Source: Leptospiraceae bacterium
GTDB taxonomy: Bacteria; Spirochaetota; Leptospiria; Leptospirales; Leptonemataceae
Length of the DNA: 64,000 nt
NCBI GenBank assembly: GCA_040217195.1
Contig: JAVJNR010000003.1
Location: 783,448-847,447, forward strand
Direction of reading: 5' to 3'
Positions 38,670-46,506 of the stretch are shown here, piece after piece. The translations under genes were made by a program, and so were the position numbers. The notes below the pieces were generated by a model. That model saw nothing but the letters and a program-made list of their open reading frames with translations, had not been told where the DNA came from and did not search any database. How positions within the stretch are numbered: position 1 is the stretch's first letter; each line of letters opens with the position of its first letter.

Positions 38670-39271
38670 TCCAGTCCTCCAAGAACTTGATTCAAAGTAA
38701 GTCCTCTGACCCAGGGAATTCTAACCTTCTGCGGGTCGGAGGTTCCGGTAGCTGAATTAATTTGTATCTTCACCGAGTAAAGGGTGGCAGACTCTTTCAG
38801 GTAGCGGATTTCACCTTTGATTTTCTCCACTTCTTCCAGAGAACGATTCAATGCCCGCTCCAGGTCCAGCAGATCATCCATGCCCGCTTCCCGGGACAAA
38901 GCTCTTAGTTTGCTCAGATTGCTTTCCGCTACCCTTAATCTGGCTTTAAGGTCCACCAGGTCACCGGATACATCCTCGGTGGCCCGCGAAGCTTTATATA
39001 CATTGGTTCCTGGAACCGATGCGATGCGAGCTTCCACACCATCCCGTCCCAGTTTTGCCGGTAAACGAATCTCCATGAATCCACTGCGAAGAGTGACCAG
39101 GTAACCACCTGATTTTCGGGCAAAGCTCATCATTTCATCTGTAAACCTATCCGATGATTCTGTGCGAACTGAGAATTCAAGACTGGTAACTTCCACATCC
39201 CGTTCAGGACTCTCGGCGAATGTGACGCTGGCCACAAGTAAGGCCAGGCCTGCAATCAGCTTATTATTCAT
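38666..39271 (-). CDS. DUF4349 domain protein
   Basis: Signal peptide; GGYL, IRLP, EDVSGDLVDLKARL, coiled coil, IKGEIRYL. Confidence 0.8.
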   Translation of the reverse strand: MNNKLIAGLALLVASVTFAESPERDVEVTSLEFSVRTESSDRFTDEMMSFARKSGGYLVTLRSGFMEIRLPAKLGRDGVEARIASVPGTNVYKASRATEDVSGDLVDLKARLRVAESNLSKLRALSREAGMDDLLDLERALNRSLEEVEKIKGEIRYLKESATLYSVKIQINSATGTSDPQKVRIPWVRGLTLNQVLGGLE

Positions 39272-39288
39272 ACTAACTCCAGTATTTC

Positions 39289-40473
39289 TCATATTAATGC
39301 ATCCAGAATCTGCAAAATCAAAGACCTGGGCTCAATCGACTTGAGCACCGGTTCAACTACTTTCTTTTGCTTGTTGTAGATCTCTTCATTGGGATAGAAA
39401 ACCTCAATCACATGCAGGTCATCGCCGTCCACAAAGATGACTATGGTATAGAAAGCTCGGTCATAACCTACCTGTTGTGGTGTTGTCAGACTGATTCTAT
39501 TTCCGCTGCGATCAGAGCTCATTACCTTTTCAGGATACCGATCCCGTTCATAAAGCAGGGCCCGCTCAAAGTAGGCTGCATCCGCTCTGGGGTTGTTGTC
39601 TATGGTTGCAGCACGAATCTGCACTCCATCCGGACTGGCATAGATGTAGTCCCCGCTGGAGCCATAGTCTTCCGAGTAATCCAGGAAACCATCGGGCAGA
39701 GCGAATTCAAAGTCCGCAGAAAGGTTCAATGTGCGACGATCCGGCCGCAGAGAACGAATCCAGGGGATGGCAGATCCCTGGTTTACGCTCATTTTAGCTT
39801 CAGCGACAAAAGATAATTCAATGGTAGAAAAGGCGGCTTTACGGGCCATGTAGTCCCGCCGGGCCTGCATGGATTCCACCTCTTTGTTCAGTCGGGCAAT
39901 TTCATTTAGTATGCGAATCTTCTGTTTTGTTTCAGTTGTTTTCTTGAGTATTTCGTAAAGACGATTCAGTAATTGTTTGCGATTTTCCAGACGCTGGGAT
40001 AGGTCCGCGAAATCCCGGGTTATGTCATCGGCTTTAATGTTTCTGTGAACCACTGTACCAATTTTTGACAGGTCTGTTAAAGCATCCGTAAAGTGAACTA
40101 CAGGAACTCGAATCACAATGAAGGCAGATGTGCTCTGTTTATTCACCTCTTGCTTTTCAATGTAACCTTTATACCCTTTAACTACATTGGTTGCCTTCTG
40201 CAAAGATGGCTCTATTTCATTAACTGAGTTTTTCAGGCCAGCTTCATAGATAACCATTCGCTCCTGCGGCTTATCTGCAGAAGCAGGAGAATCTTCCATA
40301 TCCCGCCGAGAACGCTTGGCCTCTTCTGGCATCATGGAGGTCTCTTCCGCTTCCTCGTAGCTTCCGGTAGTTCTGTCGTTGAACGCGGCTCCCACGGCAC
40401 AAGTTCCCAAAACGGAAAGCAACAAAGCACCCAGTATTCGGTAAGTATAAATCGTAAGACTGCTATTTTTCAT
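39289..40473 (-). CDS. DUF4349 domain lipoprotein with extra C-terminal domain
   Basis: LGTC lipobox; ERMVIYEA, IRVP, DDITRDFADL..RL, AAFSTI; start at ATG 40473 inferred. Confidence 0.8.
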   Translation of the reverse strand: MKNSSLTIYTYRILGALLLSVLGTCAVGAAFNDRTTGSYEEAEETSMMPEEAKRSRRDMEDSPASADKPQERMVIYEAGLKNSVNEIEPSLQKATNVVKGYKGYIEKQEVNKQSTSAFIVIRVPVVHFTDALTDLSKIGTVVHRNIKADDITRDFADLSQRLENRKQLLNRLYEILKKTTETKQKIRILNEIARLNKEVESMQARRDYMARKAAFSTIELSFVAEAKMSVNQGSAIPWIRSLRPDRRTLNLSADFEFALPDGFLDYSEDYGSSGDYIYASPDGVQIRAATIDNNPRADAAYFERALLYERDRYPEKVMSSDRSGNRISLTTPQQVGYDRAFYTIVIFVDGDDLHVIEVFYPNEEIYNKQKKVVEPVLKSIEPRSLILQILDALI

Positions 40474-40701
40474 ATTCGGGTCCAGGGACAAAACATTGGA
40501 CGCTACTCGCGCCAATCGGTTCAAGCAGAAATCAAGGGCAATCGCCAGGCAAAACCATAATTCCGATACTCTGCAAGTCCCGGGGCGCCAATGCATCTGT
40601 CACTGCGGAGCACCGCGGATTCCTAAGATTCACTAATACAGGTACCTGATTGAGTCAGAAATCCCGATCTTCCTTACCATAATCAATGTTAGATTCAGCC
40701 G

Positions 40702-40743
40702 GTATTAAGCCGTTGCGAGATTGTATTAAGCCGACGCGAGATT
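40702..40743. repeat. 21-bp direct repeat x2
   Basis: GTATTAAGCCGTTGCGAGATT / GTATTAAGCCGACGCGAGATT. Confidence 0.85.
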
Positions 40744-40773
40744 CAGTAGAATCCGGGCATTGCAGGCACTGCA

Positions 40774-41535
40774 CTAACCAGGTTTTGAACCAGTTACCAT
40801 GCTGGCGCATCCCCAGAACAGACTTGAGTATTCGGTGCTCAGTCCTGCATTTTTCAACTGCCCGGCAAAATCCTCGCAGTTGCCGAATCTTTCCGTATAC
40901 ACACCCAGCATGCCGTAAGCCACCGGATCTCCACCAAAGAGCCGACCGAGCACAGGAATCACCTTCAATAAATAGAAACGGTACAGCGGACCAAGCCACC
41001 AGCCCCGGGCACTGGATATTTCCACAAAGGAGTAATGTCCTCCCGGCTTAAGATATTTTCGCACCCTGGTCGCAAGCTGACCGCGCTGTTTTGGACTGAG
41101 AGTCTTCAATCCAAAACAACAAACCAGAACATCCGCGGATTCCAGGGGAACGGAACTGCCCAGAGCATCTGCCTGAAGAACTTTAATGGTACTTTTGTAC
41201 TTGGCTGCATTCCTGGATGCCTTTTCGCACATACGGTCAGACAGATCGATTGCCAGAACGGAGCCTACCGGGAAGCGAAACAAAGAAGGCCAGGTTTCGC
41301 CCATGCCGCTCATTAGATCGTAGACACTGGCGGAGTCTTTATCCTTCATGCCAGAGAAAGCGCCCTCAACACATTGTTTGCGCCATCGTTCGGAAAACCC
41401 AAAGGAAGTGATGTAGTTTAAGATTCCATAGGTGGATGCCATGCGATCAAATAGATTGGATACGTACTCCGGATCGTGAAAATCGGAACCAGGTCCCAAT
41501 GGCTTCGCATTATCTTGTTTCAGTGCATCGCTCAT
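40774..41535 (-). CDS. Class I SAM-dependent methyltransferase (UbiE/MenG-like)
   Basis: V..LFD.MA..Y, YDLMSGMGE, IDLSDRM, ADAL, FGLK, LKPGG. Confidence 0.8.
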   Translation of the reverse strand: MSDALKQDNAKPLGPGSDFHDPEYVSNLFDRMASTYGILNYITSFGFSERWRKQCVEGAFSGMKDKDSASVYDLMSGMGETWPSLFRFPVGSVLAIDLSDRMCEKASRNAAKYKSTIKVLQADALGSSVPLESADVLVCCFGLKTLSPKQRGQLATRVRKYLKPGGHYSFVEISSARGWWLGPLYRFYLLKVIPVLGRLFGGDPVAYGMLGVYTERFGNCEDFAGQLKNAGLSTEYSSLFWGCASMVTGSKPG

Positions 41536-41537
41536 TA

Positions 41538-42935
41538 TTATTGAAAGCTGCGGCGAGAAACTTGATTTCTAAGTCTGTGACGAACAAACAGCAAAAGTCC
41601 AAGTAAAGCAATCATGACCGAAAAAACTCCTGTGGAGATGCTCAGAGGGCCCAGCTCCATAGTCCAGATCGGTAATAGTAAACTGATGATTCCACCGCCA
41701 ATAAAGGGCGCTGAGAACGGAGCAGCCAGACCATACACAGTGGCCGGCTCTTCCGGGATGCGATTGCGAAAAGAGCGAAGAAGAAGTAATCCGAGTGCAG
41801 TGACCCCGGTAGACATTCCATAGTTGATCAAAGAAAGATCCGGATGCTGATCCAGAAGCCTCGGTGCAATCCAGAAAAAGCACAGTGCGGTCCAGAGGGC
41901 TCCTCCCAGAGTCAGTGCCAGCAAAATGCTCCAGCTTTCCAGAAGCAGACCCAGGTTTAAAGTAGCAATGGCTGATACAATCAAGAACTCGAGGATCAGA
42001 CTGTTTAGAATCCTGGCCTTATCAGGATCCAGGAGATTCAATGCTGATAGAATCTTTCGCACAGGAAATGCGAATAACAATGCAATAAAAAACAAAGGAA
42101 GTTTATCCAGATAGGACGCCGTATCGGGAAAAATTGAACGCAGGAGTTCAGCCAGCAGGTCCATAAAGAAATAGGCAATAAGCACCGGTAGTATTCCAGC
42201 GATCAATGAAACCAGCCAGGAAGCATTGGAGTCAAGCAGTGCTGCATTCCCTGAATCATTTTCCATGGATGAGGCAGGCGAAAAACGTTTTTCTGATTCT
42301 CCATGCGAGTCTTTTTGAGCAAGGTTGCCTGGACTCTGTTCACTTTGCATGGCAGCATTTGTATGATTGGGAATACCGATTCCCTTTCGTTGCAGTATAT
42401 TAATTAGCACCATTCCACTAACAGATCCGTAGATAAGTCCGATGGTTGCTGAAAACAAAGCCAGCTCCGCTGCCTCCCTCTGTCCCAGATCTTCCGAGAC
42501 TGCAATCAAAGCTGCAGCACTTCCATGGCCGCCCATCCAACCTATCTCTATGATATGGCCTGCCACCCACCATCTGGGGTCGAAAAATGAAATGATCAGA
42601 AGCCCCACAGCTATTTGCCCCAGGGCCAGCACCCAGACGTATCCGCCCTGAAAGAAAACGGCTCCCAGTGGCTTACCTCTGGATCCGCCGGCCGGCGCGG
42701 CCAGAATCAAAGTAGAAAAAAGAAATGAAATTAGAAATCCAGGCCAGGAGGACCAGGCGTCGTAGTTGGCTTTCTCTATCAGGGCCATGCCCTGGGAGCC
42801 CATTGCCAGCAGTAGCACGCCGCCAATGAGCGCAGGCTGAATCAAATACCGGCGAAAAATGCCTACTCTGTAATAGAGCAGCATTCCCACCGCCAGCGCC
42901 AGGCAAATAAATCCCAGAGAAGTAAGGGCTATCAT
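41538..42935 (-). CDS. Sodium/glutamate symporter (GltS/ESS family)
   Basis: PALIGG, IEIGWMGGHGSAAA, YGMSTGVTALGLLLLR. Confidence 0.85.
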   Translation of the reverse strand: MIALTSLGFICLALAVGMLLYYRVGIFRRYLIQPALIGGVLLLAMGSQGMALIEKANYDAWSSWPGFLISFLFSTLILAAPAGGSRGKPLGAVFFQGGYVWVLALGQIAVGLLIISFFDPRWWVAGHIIEIGWMGGHGSAAALIAVSEDLGQREAAELALFSATIGLIYGSVSGMVLINILQRKGIGIPNHTNAAMQSEQSPGNLAQKDSHGESEKRFSPASSMENDSGNAALLDSNASWLVSLIAGILPVLIAYFFMDLLAELLRSIFPDTASYLDKLPLFFIALLFAFPVRKILSALNLLDPDKARILNSLILEFLIVSAIATLNLGLLLESWSILLALTLGGALWTALCFFWIAPRLLDQHPDLSLINYGMSTGVTALGLLLLRSFRNRIPEEPATVYGLAAPFSAPFIGGGIISLLLPIWTMELGPLSISTGVFSVMIALLGLLLFVRHRLRNQVSRRSFQ

Positions 42936-45064
42936 TCGCTCCGGCTCATCAGGAATTTCTCCAGGTAATCGGTGATATCTCGAATATTGCGATTGATCAT
43001 TCTCTTGAATTCTGGAGGAATATTCTGAGATTTAATAACCCTGTAGTAGTTCAATGCATTCTTGAGCATCTTACGTCTGGTAAATTCCTGAGCCTTAATT
43101 AACATGGGCTTATACTTGTAGTACGCGTACTCCATGGTATGATAATCCCGGCTCAGCTTAAAAGAGTCCGGTATCTTGGCAAAATCATAGGTCAGGGTCA
43201 GGAAAGGAGCATCGTCTTCATCCGGCGGCTTCAATTCCAGAACGCCGCGAATCTCCTGCACCTGTTGAGGTTCATCCGGTGAAGAGTCCGGGAATTCCGC
43301 CGCTTCCACTCCTTCGCCCAGCTCATCCTCTGCCATAGAGGAACGGGTTTCCATTGGCTCCGGTTCAGACTGCGGTTGTTCCAGAGGCGAAAGGTCTTCC
43401 TCCAGAGGAGAAGGAAATCCCAGTGGTTCCAGATCTGTGGCAGCCACATGATCGATTTTCTGGGTTTCCGGTTCTCCCTCCCGTTCTGGTTCCGGCTCTG
43501 GCTCAGGTTTCTTTTCGGGCTCAGGTTCTGCCTTGACCTCTGGCTCCCGTTTTCTCTGGGGCTCAGGCTCAGGTTCCGGCCTCTCGCCCGCCGGTCCCGT
43601 GGGCCATTCGCCTATTTCAATTCTGGCATTCTCAATTCGAATTACCGCTTCATCTTTTTCCGGCTCCGGAACTCCTGCAGCAGGAGCCATCGGATATTTT
43701 ATTGGCTCCGGGGGTTTCTTTTTTAGTTCGTCTAGTTTTTTCTTGTTTTCGCGATGTTGTTCCAGTTTTTTCAGGAATTCATCCCGTTCTTTAAAAAGAT
43801 CCTTTTTTCTTCTATCTTCGCCCGAACGTCTGTCCGGACGTTTTGGATCCGGTTTACCTCTGCGATCCGAACCGCTTCGCCTCTCCTTTCCGGACCGCCG
43901 ATCAAAGGCCGGTAAGTTCTTAAACTTCTCCCATTCTCGCTCGAAGTCTGCATCGGTCCATCCATCGGTGCGAACGTTACCACCTGGATCCACGTCCAGT
44001 CCATGGTGACCAAAGTCCGCATGCTGCTCCGGCTCATAGCCCTGAACAATCTCTCCGGCAGGTACAGCAGCCGATGGAACAGCCACATAAGGAATTCCGG
44101 GGGGCACTTCCCCTCCAGAATAGGCCACCGGAGAATAAGCAGTGGTACTCGTGGCTGGAGCAGATCCGGATGGAGCGGATGGAGCGGCACCGGGCTGAGC
44201 AGAGAATGCCTGAGCAGCGCCGGGCTGAGAAGTAGGTGCAGGCGCCGGACCGGGCTGAGCCGGAGTGGCCGCCGGTGCCTCAGCAGTGGGTGCAGAACCG
44301 GGACTGCCTGGCGATCTTAACTCGCCGGAGAATTGTCCTTGAATTGGCTGTCTGGAAAGGGCATGAGCCAGAGCTTCGCCGATCTGTCTTGAAAGAGTAT
44401 CCGAAAGATTTCGCAGTCCTTCGCTTAGATTTTCAAGAGCCAGAGCCTGCGTTGTAAGCGGAATAATAATCTCAGGAAATTCAAAACCTTCTTCCTCTTC
44501 CAGGTCCAGGCCTTCCTGCCAGCGTTTTATATCTTCGATATTGGTGCTGATTTTTTCCCGGGGTGCCTCATCCGGGATTCGCTTCATCACACGTTCAAAT
44601 ATTGAAAGTGCTTCATCCGCTTGCTGGTTTTCCACCAGAGATTCAGCACTCTGGAGCGGCCGACGATGGTGCGCATGTGGCGATGACCTGGGAACTATCT
44701 CATCTGTGCCAAAGGTTACTTTCAGAGGCTTTCGTCTCTTCTTTCGCCTTTCCTCTTTTAATTTATCTACCGTTTCCTGAACCTTATCCGGTTCTCCCTG
44801 AAGCAGTTTACCCTGCACCGAATCCGGCGCCCTGTCGAATGCCTGACGAATGGCTCTGGCCGCCTCTTCCCGACTGCCAGAGCCAATCACCACAGGCTGA
44901 CCGCGATCTCGATCCCTGCCAGAACCACCGGCCTCTGGCAAATCCGGACTGCTACGCGGACCGGTTCCCCGGGGAAGGTCCGAAGTATCCTCTTTCCCCC
45001 CGGCAGCCCAGAAGGCTGTGCCCGCGGCCAAACCGCCCAGTAATAGTAGTAGAATCCATTCCAT
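42932..45064 (-). CDS. Membrane-anchored Pro/Glu-rich protein with two TPR-like hairpins
   Basis: N-terminal TM, long low-complexity linkers, DRR repeats, globular C-terminal ~100 aa. Confidence 0.75.
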   Translation of the reverse strand: MEWILLLLLGGLAAGTAFWAAGGKEDTSDLPRGTGPRSSPDLPEAGGSGRDRDRGQPVVIGSGSREEAARAIRQAFDRAPDSVQGKLLQGEPDKVQETVDKLKEERRKKRRKPLKVTFGTDEIVPRSSPHAHHRRPLQSAESLVENQQADEALSIFERVMKRIPDEAPREKISTNIEDIKRWQEGLDLEEEEGFEFPEIIIPLTTQALALENLSEGLRNLSDTLSRQIGEALAHALSRQPIQGQFSGELRSPGSPGSAPTAEAPAATPAQPGPAPAPTSQPGAAQAFSAQPGAAPSAPSGSAPATSTTAYSPVAYSGGEVPPGIPYVAVPSAAVPAGEIVQGYEPEQHADFGHHGLDVDPGGNVRTDGWTDADFEREWEKFKNLPAFDRRSGKERRSGSDRRGKPDPKRPDRRSGEDRRKKDLFKERDEFLKKLEQHRENKKKLDELKKKPPEPIKYPMAPAAGVPEPEKDEAVIRIENARIEIGEWPTGPAGERPEPEPEPQRKREPEVKAEPEPEKKPEPEPEPEREGEPETQKIDHVAATDLEPLGFPSPLEEDLSPLEQPQSEPEPMETRSSMAEDELGEGVEAAEFPDSSPDEPQQVQEIRGVLELKPPDEDDAPFLTLTYDFAKIPDSFKLSRDYHTMEYAYYKYKPMLIKAQEFTRRKMLKNALNYYRVIKSQNIPPEFKRMINRNIRDITDYLEKFLMSRSE

Positions 45065-45112
45065 GAATTGTCTTTTCTATAGAATCGTCAGCCAGGGGTG
45101 AGAATTTGACGT

Positions 45113-46495
45113 ATGGCGCTCCCAGTTCAGAAGTTAAATGCAAAACTTGAAGGAGAAATGGAATTCAAGCGGAAGAAATATTCCGTTCCTTTTGCCCTTC
45201 CTGGAGATCTGGTTCAGTTCAGATTACTCAGAAAAGGGAGAAAAAGCAAGTTTCAGGTAGTACATATCGAAAAAGCAGATCAACCTCCCGAAGAGATTAT
45301 TACAAGTTCGGAGCCTGGATGCCAGCATGCAGGGATTTGCGGCGGTTGCAGAGCCAGACACCTGGATTACGATTTTCAATGGAGATGGAAATCCGCTCCT
45401 ATAGTAGAATCCATGCAATCTCAGTACGGTCTGGAGCCAGAACTGCTTTCTGCGCCGGAGAAAGAGCATTTTCGCAATCGAATGGACTTTGCCGTGGAAG
45501 GCACCTCCATTGGACTCAGGCCACCTCAGGACTTCGAAACAGTGCTGGCCCTGAAGGAATGTCCGGTACTTCGCACTCCGGGCGAGGAACTATTGAACAA
45601 AGTGCGCGATCTGCTCGGCCAGTTTCCGGCGGCAGGATGGAATCGATCATCGGAAACGGGCTGGCTAAAGTATGTAACGCTTAGAATAGGATCCCATTCA
45701 GGGGTAATCGTCCTTACCACTTCGGGAGACATGCAGGAAGGCCAGGATTTTCTGGCAGAACTGAAAATTGCGGTACAGGAACTCAGCGCCAGCCAAAACT
45801 ATCCGCTCTCCATTGTTGAAACTGTTACAGAGAAAGGCCAGGAGCTATCCTGTACACCCGGTGGCATCGCCCTGCACGGAACCCCGGATTACGTCGATGA
45901 GCTTCTGGGAATTCCATTTCATGTTCCATACGATTCCTTTTTTCAGCCCAACCCGGTAGCATTCAGCCGACTATTCCAGAGGATTCTGGAGCTGGCTTCT
46001 ACAGAACTTGATGCGGCTCTGGTTGCCGATGGGCCCGACACAAAAATTCGAGTTCTGGATCTTTATTGCGGTGCCGGGGTACTCTCAGCCCTGTTGCTGG
46101 AGAAGTGGGCCGGGATCAATAGCGTTCTTGGATATGAATTTGTGCAATCCGCCGTAGATCAGGCAGGGCAGAGATTTAAGGATTCAAAGGTAGAAGCTAA
46201 TTTTCACACCCTGGACCTGAACAAGCCGGAGTCCAATGTAGAACTGGATTCCACCCTGATCGTTGCCGATCCTCCAAGAGCAGGGCTCTCTCCTCGGCTC
46301 TGCAAGCTAATTGCCGAAACCAAGCCAGCCCCGTTCATGCTCTATATTTCGTGCAATCCGGAAACGCAGCTAAGGGACTTAACTGTACTTGCAGAAAGCT
46401 ACGAACCCGTGCATGCTGTTCTGGCCGATTGCTTTGCCTATACAGGACATATGGAGCAGGCTGTATTTTTAAGAAGGAGAGCAGATCCGAAATGA
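45113..46495 (+). CDS. RNA (uracil-5)-methyltransferase, RlmD/TrmA family
   Basis: CQHAGICGGC Fe-S motif, FRNRM, SFFQPN, LDLYCGAG, DPPRAGL, YISCNP. Confidence 0.92.
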   Translation: MALPVQKLNAKLEGEMEFKRKKYSVPFALPGDLVQFRLLRKGRKSKFQVVHIEKADQPPEEIITSSEPGCQHAGICGGCRARHLDYDFQWRWKSAPIVESMQSQYGLEPELLSAPEKEHFRNRMDFAVEGTSIGLRPPQDFETVLALKECPVLRTPGEELLNKVRDLLGQFPAAGWNRSSETGWLKYVTLRIGSHSGVIVLTTSGDMQEGQDFLAELKIAVQELSASQNYPLSIVETVTEKGQELSCTPGGIALHGTPDYVDELLGIPFHVPYDSFFQPNPVAFSRLFQRILELASTELDAALVADGPDTKIRVLDLYCGAGVLSALLLEKWAGINSVLGYEFVQSAVDQAGQRFKDSKVEANFHTLDLNKPESNVELDSTLIVADPPRAGLSPRLCKLIAETKPAPFMLYISCNPETQLRDLTVLAESYEPVHAVLADCFAYTGHMEQAVFLRRRADPK

Positions 46496-46506
46496 TCTGC
46501 TAATCT

